A stretch of DNA of 64,000 bases from NCBI GenBank assembly GCA_016716005.1, contig JADJXE010000001.1:2167733-2231732 (forward strand). The letters run 5' to 3'. Position numbers and translations under genes: made by a program. Origin of the DNA: Acidimicrobiales bacterium (GTDB lineage: Bacteria; Actinomycetota; Acidimicrobiia; Acidimicrobiales; JADJXE01). Below the pieces are notes generated by a model. It was given only the letters and a program-made list of their open reading frames with translations, was not told the origin of the DNA and made no database searches. Shown piece after piece: positions 48,636-57,659 of this stretch (position 1 is its first letter; each line of letters begins with the position of its first letter).

Positions 48636-51110
48636 GTGCCCGGCGCCGCTCAACTTCCCCGACCCCGCGGCCGATGGGCACTCGATGGCCGGGACGGGCG
48701 CGTCGCGCCGCCGGCGTGGAGGGTGCGCGTGGCCTCACGGGAGCCGAGCGAGCCGGGAGGGCCGGGGCCGACGCCTCGGCCCGCGCCCCGCGCCCGGTCC
48801 GGCCGGGCCGTGGTCGCGGCCACGGGCGCCGCCGGGGTGCTGGCCGCGACCGCCACCTGGTTCGAGGCCGGCGGCGAGGGGTTCGGCAACCCCGCACTCC
48901 TGCTCACCTTCACGGCCCTGCTGGCGCTCAGCTGGGCGTTCCCCCTGCTCCTGCCCAAGAACGACGAGACCGAGGGCTTCCAGCTCGACGAGGCCTTCTT
49001 CGTGGCGTCGGCGCTGCTCCTGCCGCCGTGCGGCACGGTGGCGGTGTTCCTGGTGGGCGTGCTCGCGGGGCTGACCGTCCGGCGGACCCCGTGGCCGAAG
49101 GTGGTGTTCAACGTCGGTCAGGTCACGGCCGCGGCCTCGCTGGGGGTCGCCGCGGTCCACCTGCTCCGCCCGGGCCCGCTCGAGGTGGGATCGCCCTTCG
49201 CGCTGCTCGCCATCGTGGCCGGCGCCCTGGTGTTCCTCGTCGTGAACACCGGGCTGGTGGCCGCCGTGGTCGCAACCACCGAGGGGACCTCCGTCCGGGC
49301 GACGGTGCTCGACGGTCTGGGCGCTCGGTTGCTGCAGTGGGCGAGCGCCATCTCCATCGGGCTCCTGGCCGGCCTTGGGGGCTCGGCCTACGCCTGGGCG
49401 CCGCTGTTCGCGGTGCTCCCCATGGGCATGGTGCACGTCGTGCTGGCCGAGCACCTGCGGGCGGCTCGCGACCGCCAACGCGTCGACGGGCTCTTCCGCA
49501 CCGCAGTGCAGGCCCACGCCAGCGTGCGGACCGACGACGTGGTCGCGGCGCTCACCCGGTCGGCGGAGGAGCTGCTCCGGTGCCGGTCGTCGCGCGTCGG
49601 GCACGACCCGCCCGGGAGCGGCGAGCGAGGGGCCATGGTGTCGGCCGGCGGCGGCGAGCAGTGGCTCGTCGTGGCCGATCGGCGGGGGACGGAGCCCTTC
49701 GGCGAGCAGGACGACCGGCTGCTCGAAGCCATCGCCGCGGTGGGGTCGTCCGCCCTCGAGAACGCGCACCTGGTCGAGGAGATCCGCCACCAGGCGACCC
49801 ACGACCGCCTCACCGGGTTGCCGAACCAGCTGCTGTTCGACGACCGCGTGACCCAGGCGGTGGCCCGGGCCCGGCGCCTCCGCGAGCAGCTCGCCCTGCT
49901 CGTGCTCGACCTCGATGCCTTCAAGAAGGTGAACGAGAGCCGCAACCACCAGGCCGGCGACGAACTGCTCCGGCAGGTGGCGGCCCGGCTGCGGCGCGCG
50001 GCGCGCGAGTCGGACACGGTGGCCCGCATGAGCGGCGACCACTTCACGGTGCTGCTGCCCGGCGTGGGTTCACCCGAGACGGCGCTGGTCGTCGCCGAGA
50101 AGCTGCTGGCCGAGCTCCGGCGGCCCTTCGTGCTCGACGACGGCCACGAGCTGTTCATGAGCGCCAGCCTCGGCATCGCCCTGTTCCCGGCGCACGGCGA
50201 CGACGGCGCCGGGCTGCTGCGGAACGCCGACAGCGCCATGCACCAGGCCAAGGAGGCGGGCGGCGACGACCTGCGCCTGTACGACGTCGGCATGAACCGG
50301 GAGGCCCGCCAGCGGGTGGCCCGCGAGACCGAGCTGCACAACGCGCTGGCGCGGCGCGAGCTGCGCGTGGTGTACCAGCCGCAGGTCGATCTGCGCACCC
50401 ACCGGATCATCGGCGTGGAGGCCCTGGTCCGCTGGGAGCACCCCGAGCACGGCCTGCTGGCGCCCGTCGAGTTCGTGCCCCTGGCCGAGCAGTCCGGCCT
50501 GATCGTGGAGGTCGACGCCTTCGTGCTGCGCGCCGCCTGCCGCCAGGCCCGGGCCTGGAGCGACGCCGGGCTGCCGCCGGTGCGCATGGCCGTGAACCTC
50601 TCGGGGCGCCACTTCCACGGAGGTCAGCGCCTGGTCGGCATGGTGACCGACGCGCTCGAGGCCGCGGCACTGGATCCGGCCATGCTCGAGGTGGAGATCA
50701 CCGAGGGGCTGGCGGTGCGCGAGAGCCAGGGGGCGTTCGAGGTGCTGGCCCGGCTGCGCGACGCCGGCGTCCACATCGCCATCGACGACTTCGGCACCGG
50801 CTACTCGGCACTGGCCCGGATGCACCGGTTCCCCGTCGACCGCCTCAAGATCGACCGCTCCTTCGTGAACACCATCACCGCGGCCGACGGGAACGCACCG
50901 CTGGTGTCGGCCTTCCTCGGCATCGCCCGGGGGTTGCGGCTGGGGGTGATCGCCGAGGGGGTGGAGACGGTGGAGCAGGCCGCCTTCCTCCGCCGCCACG
51001 GCTGCCACGAGGCCCAGGGCTTCCTCTTCAGCCGGCCGGTCGACCCGGACGAGGTCGCCCGGCTCCTGCGGTCGCCCTCGCTCGGGCTCCACGTCGGGCA
51101 CCAGGGGTGA
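48636..51110 (+). CDS. membrane-anchored signalling protein with degenerate GGDEF and intact EAL domain
   Basis: About 6 N-terminal TM helices. The GGDEF position reads SGDHF. The EAL domain retains EALVRWEHP, DDFGTGYS, KIDRSFV and EGVE. The exact start is uncertain. Confidence 0.85.
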   Translation: MPGAAQLPRPRGRWALDGRDGRVAPPAWRVRVASREPSEPGGPGPTPRPAPRARSGRAVVAATGAAGVLAATATWFEAGGEGFGNPALLLTFTALLALSWAFPLLLPKNDETEGFQLDEAFFVASALLLPPCGTVAVFLVGVLAGLTVRRTPWPKVVFNVGQVTAAASLGVAAVHLLRPGPLEVGSPFALLAIVAGALVFLVVNTGLVAAVVATTEGTSVRATVLDGLGARLLQWASAISIGLLAGLGGSAYAWAPLFAVLPMGMVHVVLAEHLRAARDRQRVDGLFRTAVQAHASVRTDDVVAALTRSAEELLRCRSSRVGHDPPGSGERGAMVSAGGGEQWLVVADRRGTEPFGEQDDRLLEAIAAVGSSALENAHLVEEIRHQATHDRLTGLPNQLLFDDRVTQAVARARRLREQLALLVLDLDAFKKVNESRNHQAGDELLRQVAARLRRAARESDTVARMSGDHFTVLLPGVGSPETALVVAEKLLAELRRPFVLDDGHELFMSASLGIALFPAHGDDGAGLLRNADSAMHQAKEAGGDDLRLYDVGMNREARQRVARETELHNALARRELRVVYQPQVDLRTHRIIGVEALVRWEHPEHGLLAPVEFVPLAEQSGLIVEVDAFVLRAACRQARAWSDAGLPPVRMAVNLSGRHFHGGQRLVGMVTDALEAAALDPAMLEVEITEGLAVRESQGAFEVLARLRDAGVHIAIDDFGTGYSALARMHRFPVDRLKIDRSFVNTITAADGNAPLVSAFLGIARGLRLGVIAEGVETVEQAAFLRRHGCHEAQGFLFSRPVDPDEVARLLRSPSLGLHVGHQG

Positions 51111-51608
51111 CCGGGCCGAGCGTGGCCACGGCACGCCGGAGGACGCGGACCGTTCACGACAGTTTCAACATCTGCCCCTTCCCTCACAGGAGCCACAGGC
51201 CCTAGCATGCGGCCCAGCCGGTCCCCGGACCGGTGGCGATGCGTGCGGAAGGGAGGTGGTGCATCATGCGCCGCGGCACCAGCTGGCGTTAGCCGGCAGG
51301 GGCTGAGCGGCGCGGAGGGGTGAGCGCCTGCCACCTGGCCGGGGCGATGGCCCGGTGACAGCGTCCCTCGACGTCCTCGGCTCGAGCCGGTAGAGACGGG
51401 CCCTCGGCGCCCGCCCGCCGCGACCTCGCCGCCACCTCGTTCCACGGGCTCGCAGCCCGGTTCCCGCACTCCACGTCGCAGCCCGAACCCCGCCCGCCCG
51501 AGAGGTGGACCGGTCGACGCGGTCGGCCCCGCCGGGGGCCCCGACGCGCCCGGCCGGGGGCGCTCGGCGCACGTCCTGGCTCCCGACCGGTGGGATGATG
51601 CGGGCTCA

Positions 51609-52967
51609 GTGGACGTCTGCGACGTGGTGGTGGTGGGAGCCGGCCTGGCCGGGCTGGGGGCGGCGCGGCGCCTGGCCGACGCCGGCCGCGAGGTGCTCGT
51701 GGTGGAGGCGCGCGACCGGGTCGGCGGTCGCCTCCTCGGGCACGACCTCGGCGACGGCACGGTGGTGGAGCTCGGTGGCCAGTGGGTCGGGCCGACACAG
51801 GACCGCGTGAACGCCCTCGTGCGCGAGCTCGGCCTCACGACGTTCCCGACGTATGTCACCGGGGACCACCTGGCTGCCGTCGGGGGTGACGTGCGCCGCT
51901 ACCGCGGCGGCACGCCGCCGTTCTCGCCGATCGTGCTGGCCGACCTGCTGCAGGCCCAGCGCCGCCTCGAGCGGATGGCCCGCCAGGTGCCGCTCGACGC
52001 GCCGTGGGCGGCTCCCCGCGCCCGCTCGTGGGACGCCGAGACCTTCGACGGGTGGCTCCGCCGCAACGTGGCGACCGCCACCGGGCGCACCTTCTTCCGC
52101 ATCGTGGCCGATGCGGTCTTCGCGAGCGACGCCAGCACGCTCTCGCTGCTCCACCTGCTCTTCTACGTGCACTCCGGCCGCGGCCTCGACCGCCTGCTCG
52201 GCACCGCCGGCGGCGCCCAGCAGGACCGCGTGGTCGGCGGGTCGCAGCTGCTCGCGGTCGGCCTGGCCGACCGCCTGGGTCCCCGGGTGCGGCAGGGCCA
52301 CCCGGTCCGTCGCCTGGATCACCGGGGCGGGCGCGTGCGGGTGTTCGCGGACGGCCTCGAGGTCGAGGCCCGCAGGGCGATCGTGGCCGTGCCGCCCACC
52401 CTCGCCGGGCGCATCGCCTACGACCCGCCGCTGCCCGGGGCGCGCGACCAGCTCACCCAGCGGATGCCCATGGGCGCGGTGGTCAAGTGCATGGCTGTGT
52501 ACGAGCGGCCGTGGTGGCGCGACGAGGGGCTCTCCGGCTCGGGGGCCACCGACGTCGCGCCGGTGGGCCTGACGTTCGACAACTCGCCCCCGGGCGGCAC
52601 GCTGGGCGTGCTGCTGGCCTTCGTGGAGGGCCGGCACGCGGTCGCGTTGGGTCGGGTCTCGCCGGGTGATCGTCGCCGGGCCGTGATCGATGCCCTGGTG
52701 CGCCTGTACGGGAGCCGGGCGGCTGCGCCCGTCGACTACGTGGAGCGCGACTGGGCCGCCGAGGAGTGGAGCCGCGGCTGCTACGGCGCTCATCTCCCGC
52801 CCGGGGCCTGGACGCAGCTCGGGCCGGACCTGCGGCGCCCGGTCGGGCGCATCCACTGGGCCGGCACCGAGACCGCCGAGGTGTGGAGCGGCTACATGGA
52901 CGGCGCCCTCGAGTCGGGCGACCGCGCCGCCGCCGAGGTGCTGGCCGCACTCGCCGGCGGGGGCTGA
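51609..52967 (+). CDS. flavin-containing amine oxidase (monoamine/putrescine oxidase-like)
   Basis: GTG start, VVVVGAGLAGLGAARRL...VLVVEARDRVGGR dinucleotide fold, and C-terminal HWAGTETA...GYMDGALESG. Confidence 0.88.
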   Translation: MDVCDVVVVGAGLAGLGAARRLADAGREVLVVEARDRVGGRLLGHDLGDGTVVELGGQWVGPTQDRVNALVRELGLTTFPTYVTGDHLAAVGGDVRRYRGGTPPFSPIVLADLLQAQRRLERMARQVPLDAPWAAPRARSWDAETFDGWLRRNVATATGRTFFRIVADAVFASDASTLSLLHLLFYVHSGRGLDRLLGTAGGAQQDRVVGGSQLLAVGLADRLGPRVRQGHPVRRLDHRGGRVRVFADGLEVEARRAIVAVPPTLAGRIAYDPPLPGARDQLTQRMPMGAVVKCMAVYERPWWRDEGLSGSGATDVAPVGLTFDNSPPGGTLGVLLAFVEGRHAVALGRVSPGDRRRAVIDALVRLYGSRAAAPVDYVERDWAAEEWSRGCYGAHLPPGAWTQLGPDLRRPVGRIHWAGTETAEVWSGYMDGALESGDRAAAEVLAALAGGG

Positions 52968-53006
52968 GCGGCCGGCGGGGGCTGAGCGGGCGGCGGGCGA
53001 GTAGCG
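52953..53006 (+). repeat. 18-bp tandem repeat (2 perfect + 1 degenerate copy) spanning the amine oxidase stop codon
   Basis: GCCGGCGGGGGCTGAGCG occurs at 52953-52970 and 52971-52988, then GGCGGCGGGCGAGTAGCG. The gene's TGA (52965-52967) lies in copy 1, and a second in-frame TGA lies in copy 2. Confidence 0.9.
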
Positions 53007-53037
53007 GGCGGGCGGTCCCACGGGCGAGGCTGGCACG

Positions 53038-54234
53038 GTGACGCTGCAACGGGTCGTGGTGGTGGGTGCCTCGCTGGCCGGCCTGCGGGCGGCGGAGACG
53101 CTGCGCCGGGAGGGGTTCGACGGCACCCTCACGGTGGTGGGCGACGAGCCCCACCTGCCCTACACCCGTCCGCCCCTCTCGAAGCAGATCCTCAAGGGCG
53201 AGTGGGAGCCCGAGCGGGCCGCGCTGCGGCCGGCCGCCACCTACGAGGGGTGGGACCTGCGGCTGGGCCGGCGGGCCGTCGCCCTCGACGTGGCCGCCCG
53301 CCGCGTGCTGCTCGACGGCGACGAGCCCCTGCCCTTCGACGGCCTGGTGATCGCCACCGGGGCCTCGCCGCGGTGGCCGGCGGGCCTGCCCCGGCTCGAG
53401 GGCGTGCACGTGCTGCGCACCCTCGACGACTGCTCGGCCATCAGCGCCGAGGTCGCCCAGGCGCCCCGGGTGGCGGTGATCGGGGCGGGCTTCATCGGCG
53501 CCGAGGTCGCGGCCACCTGCCGCCAGCGGGGGCTCGACGTCGCGCTGATCGAGGCCTTGCCGGTGCCGCTCGCGCGGGGCCTCGGGGAGCGGATGGGAGC
53601 GGCCTGCGCCGAGCTGCACCGCGACCACGGGGTGGCGCTGCACCTGGGGAACGCGGTGGAGACGCTGGAGGGCGGCAGTCGCGTGGAGGCGGTGCGCCTG
53701 GCCGACGGGTCGCGGGTCGAGGCCGATCTGGTGGTGGTGGGGGTGGGCGTGGCGCCGTCGACGGGGTGGCTCGAGGGCTCGGGCCTGGCCCTGGGCGACG
53801 GGGTGCGCTGCGACGCGACCGGCGCGGCCGCGCCGGGCGTGTACGCCGCCGGCGACGTGGCCCGGTGGCCGCACCCGCTGTACGGCGAGGAGATCCGCGT
53901 CGAGCACTGGAGCAACGCCAACGAGCAGGGCGCGGCCGTGGCCAGGAACCTGCTCCACCCCGGCCTGGCCGAGCCCTTTTCCCCGGTGCCGTGGTTCTGG
54001 TCCGACCAGTACGGCACACGGATCACCTTCGTCGGCCGGGTCCGACCCGACGACCATGTGGAGGTGGCCCGGGGATCGGTGGACGAGCGCCGCTTCATCG
54101 CGATCTACGGGCGAGACGGAGTGGTCGTGGGCGCCCTCGGCTTCGACGAGCCCAAGCGCGTCCTCGGCCTGCACGGGCTGCTGGCCGGCCGGGCGCCCCT
54201 GGCCGACGCCGTCGCCGCGGCCCGGGCGGACTGA
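53038..54234 (+). CDS. FAD-dependent pyridine nucleotide-disulfide oxidoreductase (ferredoxin reductase-like)
   Basis: VVVVGASLAGLRAAETLR, Y.RPPLSK, a second Rossmann fold VAVIGAGFIGAEVA, and AAGDVA. Confidence 0.88.
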   Translation: MTLQRVVVVGASLAGLRAAETLRREGFDGTLTVVGDEPHLPYTRPPLSKQILKGEWEPERAALRPAATYEGWDLRLGRRAVALDVAARRVLLDGDEPLPFDGLVIATGASPRWPAGLPRLEGVHVLRTLDDCSAISAEVAQAPRVAVIGAGFIGAEVAATCRQRGLDVALIEALPVPLARGLGERMGAACAELHRDHGVALHLGNAVETLEGGSRVEAVRLADGSRVEADLVVVGVGVAPSTGWLEGSGLALGDGVRCDATGAAAPGVYAAGDVARWPHPLYGEEIRVEHWSNANEQGAAVARNLLHPGLAEPFSPVPWFWSDQYGTRITFVGRVRPDDHVEVARGSVDERRFIAIYGRDGVVVGALGFDEPKRVLGLHGLLAGRAPLADAVAAARAD

Positions 54235-54355
54235 GGCGCCGGCCGAGGCGCCGGCCAGGGAGGCGCGCGGCCCCAGCGGCGTCGACGCCCTGCCGGGGTC
54301 CGACGCCCCGGAGGTGGGCCCGGCCCCGGCGGGCGGGAGCAGGAAGGGGGATGAT

Positions 54356-55822
54356 GTGGGTGTGAGGGCGCGTCGGATGTCGACGACACAGCGGATCGGT
54401 GCGGCGCTGGTCGCGGCCGGGCTCGCCCTGGGCGGCGTGCTCACGGTGGCCCCGGCCGCGTGGGCCGCGTCGGCCTTCACCGTCGAGCAGTTCCCCGGAG
54501 CGCCGGCCGACGGGCGGGTGGTGGCGCTCACGTTCGACGACGGGCCCGACCCCACCTGGACGCCGCAGGCGCTCGACGTGCTGGCGTCCCGCGGCGTGAC
54601 CGCGACCTTCTTCATGGTCGGGCGGAGCGCCGCCGCGCACCCCGACCTGGTCCGGCGGGTCGCCGCCGGCGGCCACGCCATCGGCGGGCACACGTGGGAC
54701 CACGCCGACCTCACCCGCACGCGCGACTTCGACGGGCAGGTCGACCGGGCGAACGACCTGCTGGCCTCGTTGACAGGGCGGCCCGTCACCTGTGTGCGGC
54801 CTCCCTACGGGGCGTCGAACGCGTCGGTGGTGCAGCGGCTCGCCGACCGGGGCCTCACGACCGCCCTGTGGAGCGTCGATCCGCAGGACTACCGCCGGCC
54901 GGGCGCCGCGACCATCGCCCAGCGCGCGCTCGCCGGCCTGCGCCCCGGTGCGGTCATCCTGATCCACGACGGCGGTGGTGATCGCAGCCAGACGGTGGCG
55001 GCGTTGCCCCAGATCATCGATGGCGTCCGGGCCGCCGGCTACCGCATCGTGCCGGTGTGCGGTGCGGCGCCGGCCGAGCCGCGCACCGAGCGCATCGAGC
55101 TCACCGCGGTGGGGCCGGCTTCGGCCTCCGGGTACGCCCTCGACTCCTGGGGCGGCTTGCACGCCTTCGGCGCCGCGACCCCCGTCGAGCCCTCGGCCAC
55201 GTGGCCGGGCCGCTACCTGGCCCGCTCGCTGGCGCTGCGCCCGGACGGTGCGTCGGGGTTCGTGCTGGACGCCCACGGGGGCCTCCACCCGTTCGGGGGT
55301 GCGCCGGCGGTGGTGGGCAGCGGCTACTGGCCCGACCAGGACGTGGCCCGCGACCTGGCGCTGCGCCCGGACGGTGCGTCGGGGTTCGTGCTGGACGCCC
55401 ACGGGGGCCTCCACCCGTTCGGGGGTGCGCCGGCGGTGGTGGGCAGCGGCTACTGGCCCGACCAGGACGTGGCCCGCCGGATCGTGGTGGGGCCCGACGG
55501 CGCCTCCGGCTACGTCGTCGACGCCTTCGGCGGGATCCACCCCTTCGGGGCGGCTCCGGTCGCGCCGGGGTCGGGCTACTGGGCCGGCCAGGACCTCCTC
55601 CGCGACGTGGTGCTGCGCCCGGACGGCGTGTCGGGGTTCGTGCTGGACGCCTACGGGGGCCTCCACCCGTTCGGGGGTGCGCCGGCGGTGGTGGGCAGCG
55701 GCTACTGGCCGGGTCGGGACGTGGCCCGGGCGCTGACGCTGGGTGCCGACGGCGCCAGCGGCGCGGTCGTCGACCTGTTCGGGGGCGTCCACCCGTTCGG
55801 CCCGCCGCCCGCCGGGGGCTAG
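54356..55822 (+). CDS. secreted NodB-type polysaccharide deacetylase with ~5.5 C-terminal 42-aa repeats
   Basis: Signal peptide ...LTVAPAAWAAS. NodB motifs TFDDGP, GGHTWDH and RPPYG. Then repeats of SG[FY]VLDxxGGLHPFGGAPxxxGSGYWPxxDVARxLxLRPDG. GTG 54356 follows GGAAGGGGG; an alternative ATG lies at 54377. Confidence 0.85.
   Translation: MGVRARRMSTTQRIGAALVAAGLALGGVLTVAPAAWAASAFTVEQFPGAPADGRVVALTFDDGPDPTWTPQALDVLASRGVTATFFMVGRSAAAHPDLVRRVAAGGHAIGGHTWDHADLTRTRDFDGQVDRANDLLASLTGRPVTCVRPPYGASNASVVQRLADRGLTTALWSVDPQDYRRPGAATIAQRALAGLRPGAVILIHDGGGDRSQTVAALPQIIDGVRAAGYRIVPVCGAAPAEPRTERIELTAVGPASASGYALDSWGGLHAFGAATPVEPSATWPGRYLARSLALRPDGASGFVLDAHGGLHPFGGAPAVVGSGYWPDQDVARDLALRPDGASGFVLDAHGGLHPFGGAPAVVGSGYWPDQDVARRIVVGPDGASGYVVDAFGGIHPFGAAPVAPGSGYWAGQDLLRDVVLRPDGVSGFVLDAYGGLHPFGGAPAVVGSGYWPGRDVARALTLGADGASGAVVDLFGGVHPFGPPPAGG
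55229..55477 (+). repeat. near-perfect 126-bp in-frame tandem duplication inside the deacetylase repeat region
   Basis: Positions 55229-55351 and 55355-55477 are identical over 123 nt, separated by one codon. A third, diverged copy lies near 55600-55730. Confidence 0.9.
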
Positions 55823-55831
55823 GATCGTCTC

Positions 55832-55987
55832 GTGGCCGGTGGCATCGTCATGGTCGTCCTCCTCCTGCTCTTCCCGTTCGTGTTCACCATCACGCTGTCG
55901 GTGGTGGCCGGGCTCCTCGGCAAGCTGCTGAAGGACGAGGGAGAAGCCACGCACCCCGGCAGCGAGCTGATCGAGCTCAACACCTGA
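55832..55987 (+). CDS. candidate 51-aa membrane peptide
   Basis: VAGGIVMVVLLLLFPFVFTITLSVVAGLLGKLLKDEGEATHPGSELIELNT*. High GC3, with one or two TM segments and an acidic tail. Not in the track (under 60 aa). It fills the gap between the deacetylase and SBP genes. Confidence 0.35.
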   Translation: MAGGIVMVVLLLLFPFVFTITLSVVAGLLGKLLKDEGEATHPGSELIELNT

Positions 55988-56034
55988 GGCGGCCCGGGCC
56001 GACGGCCCGGGGCCGCGCACCGGAGGAGGGGTCG

Positions 56035-57648
56035 GTGCCGGCGAGACGCATCACCAGGCCGAGGATGGTGTGCACCCTGGCTGCGATCGCGCTGGTCGCC
56101 GCCCTGGCCGCCGGCTGCACCGGCGGGAACGACGACGAGGGGCCGGCGGCCGACGTGACCACCACGACGGTGGGCGAGCCCCAGGCCGGTGGGACCCTCG
56201 TCGTGGGGCTCGAGGCCGAGACCGACGGCTTCGACCCCACCCAGAACCGGTGGGCGATCTCGGGCCTGGCGGTCGCCAAGACCATCTTCGAGCCGCTGGT
56301 GGCGGTGGCCGCCGACGGCTCCATCCAGCCCTACCTGCTCGAGTCGATCGAGCCCAACGACGATGCCACCGTGTGGACGCTCCGGGTGCGCCCCGGGATC
56401 ACCTTCCACGACGGCACCCCCCTCGACGCCGCTGTGGTGAAGGCCAACCTCGACCTGTCGATGGCGTCCATCACGACGACCGGTGCGCTCATCTTCGGGC
56501 CGGTCGAGTCGGTCGAGGCCATCGACCCGATGACGGTCGAGATCCGCATGAGCGAGTCCTGGTACCCGTTCCCGGCCTCCCTCCTGGGCCAGTTCGGCTA
56601 CATGGCCTCGCCGGCCCAGCTCGCGGACCGCGACGGCGGTCCCCGTGCCCCGGTCGGCACCGGGCCCTTCGTGTTCGAGTCGTGGCAGCGCGACAGCCAG
56701 CTCACGGTGGTCCGCAACGCCGACTACTGGCGCGAAAGCCTCCCCTACCTCGACGAGATCACGTTCCGTCCCCTGCCCGACGAGGGGACGCGCTACAACG
56801 CCGTGACCACGGGGGCGGTCGACGTGGTGGTCACGGGCAACGGGGCGGCCATGGAGGACCTGGGCGACGACCCCGACTACACCGTCGCCGAGTACCGCGG
56901 CAACGAGGCGATCAACGTGATCTTCAACACCGCCGCACCGCCGTTCGACGACGTGCGAGTGCGGCGGGCCCTGGCCCTCGCCACCGATCGCGAGGCGGTG
57001 AACGCGGTGTCCGGCGGCGGCGTGCGGGCCGACGCCGACGGGCCCATCGCGCCCACCTCGGAGTGGTACGCCCCGACGGGCTACCCGGCCTTCGACCCCG
57101 ACGAGGCCCGCCGGCTCGTCGCCGAGTACGAGGCCGAGACCGGCACCGACCTGGCGTTCACCCTGAACATGCCGGCTGCTCCCCAGACCCTCCAGTTCGC
57201 GCAGCTGCTGCAGGCCGAGTGGAAGGACGTCGGAGCCGACGCCGAGATCGTGCCGGTCGATCAGCAGACCCTCATCAGCGCCGTCGTCGCCAAGGACTTC
57301 CAGGCCAGCGGCTGGCGCAGCTTCGAGTTCCTCGACCCCGACTCGCTCTATCCCTACTGGCGCTCGGGCGGGGTGAACTTCACCCAGCTCGTCGACCCGG
57401 AGGTCGACGCGGCCCTCGACGCCGGTCGCTCCTCCCCGGATCGGGCCACCCGCCAGGAGGCCTACGCGGCATTCGGCCGCCGACTGGGCGAGCTGGTGCC
57501 GGCCGTGTGGATCGGGCACAACGTGTGGGGCGTCATCGCCGCCTCCAACGTGCACGACATCACCGAGTGGACCCTCCCCGACGGCGAGCCCGGCATGCCC
57601 CTGTTCGCGGGCAACTTCGAGCTCGCCCAGATCTGGCGCAGCCGTTGA
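56035..57648 (+). CDS. ABC transporter substrate-binding lipoprotein, family 5 (peptide/nickel type), orphan
   Basis: GTG after the GGAGGAGGGG RBS. Lipobox LAAGC. GGTLVVGLEAETDGFDP and GTGPFVFESWQRDSQL resemble the SBP_bac_5 family. No permease or ATPase genes are adjacent. Confidence 0.85.
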   Translation: MPARRITRPRMVCTLAAIALVAALAAGCTGGNDDEGPAADVTTTTVGEPQAGGTLVVGLEAETDGFDPTQNRWAISGLAVAKTIFEPLVAVAADGSIQPYLLESIEPNDDATVWTLRVRPGITFHDGTPLDAAVVKANLDLSMASITTTGALIFGPVESVEAIDPMTVEIRMSESWYPFPASLLGQFGYMASPAQLADRDGGPRAPVGTGPFVFESWQRDSQLTVVRNADYWRESLPYLDEITFRPLPDEGTRYNAVTTGAVDVVVTGNGAAMEDLGDDPDYTVAEYRGNEAINVIFNTAAPPFDDVRVRRALALATDREAVNAVSGGGVRADADGPIAPTSEWYAPTGYPAFDPDEARRLVAEYEAETGTDLAFTLNMPAAPQTLQFAQLLQAEWKDVGADAEIVPVDQQTLISAVVAKDFQASGWRSFEFLDPDSLYPYWRSGGVNFTQLVDPEVDAALDAGRSSPDRATRQEAYAAFGRRLGELVPAVWIGHNVWGVIAASNVHDITEWTLPDGEPGMPLFAGNFELAQIWRSR

Positions 57649-57659
57649 CGGGGGGTGGG

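Noticed and set aside
55229-55477. Tandem repeats considered as a possible CRISPR array (also the 18-bp repeat at 52953).
   Set aside because: The repeats are directly adjacent with no spacers, in-frame within a CDS or at a gene end. No cas genes are present.
55743-55931. 62-aa track ORF MPTAPAARSSTCSG...
   Set aside because: It is a Ser/Arg/Cys-rich shadow frame that overlaps the deacetylase 3' end. The alternative 51-codon hydrophobic frame at 55832 is more plausible.
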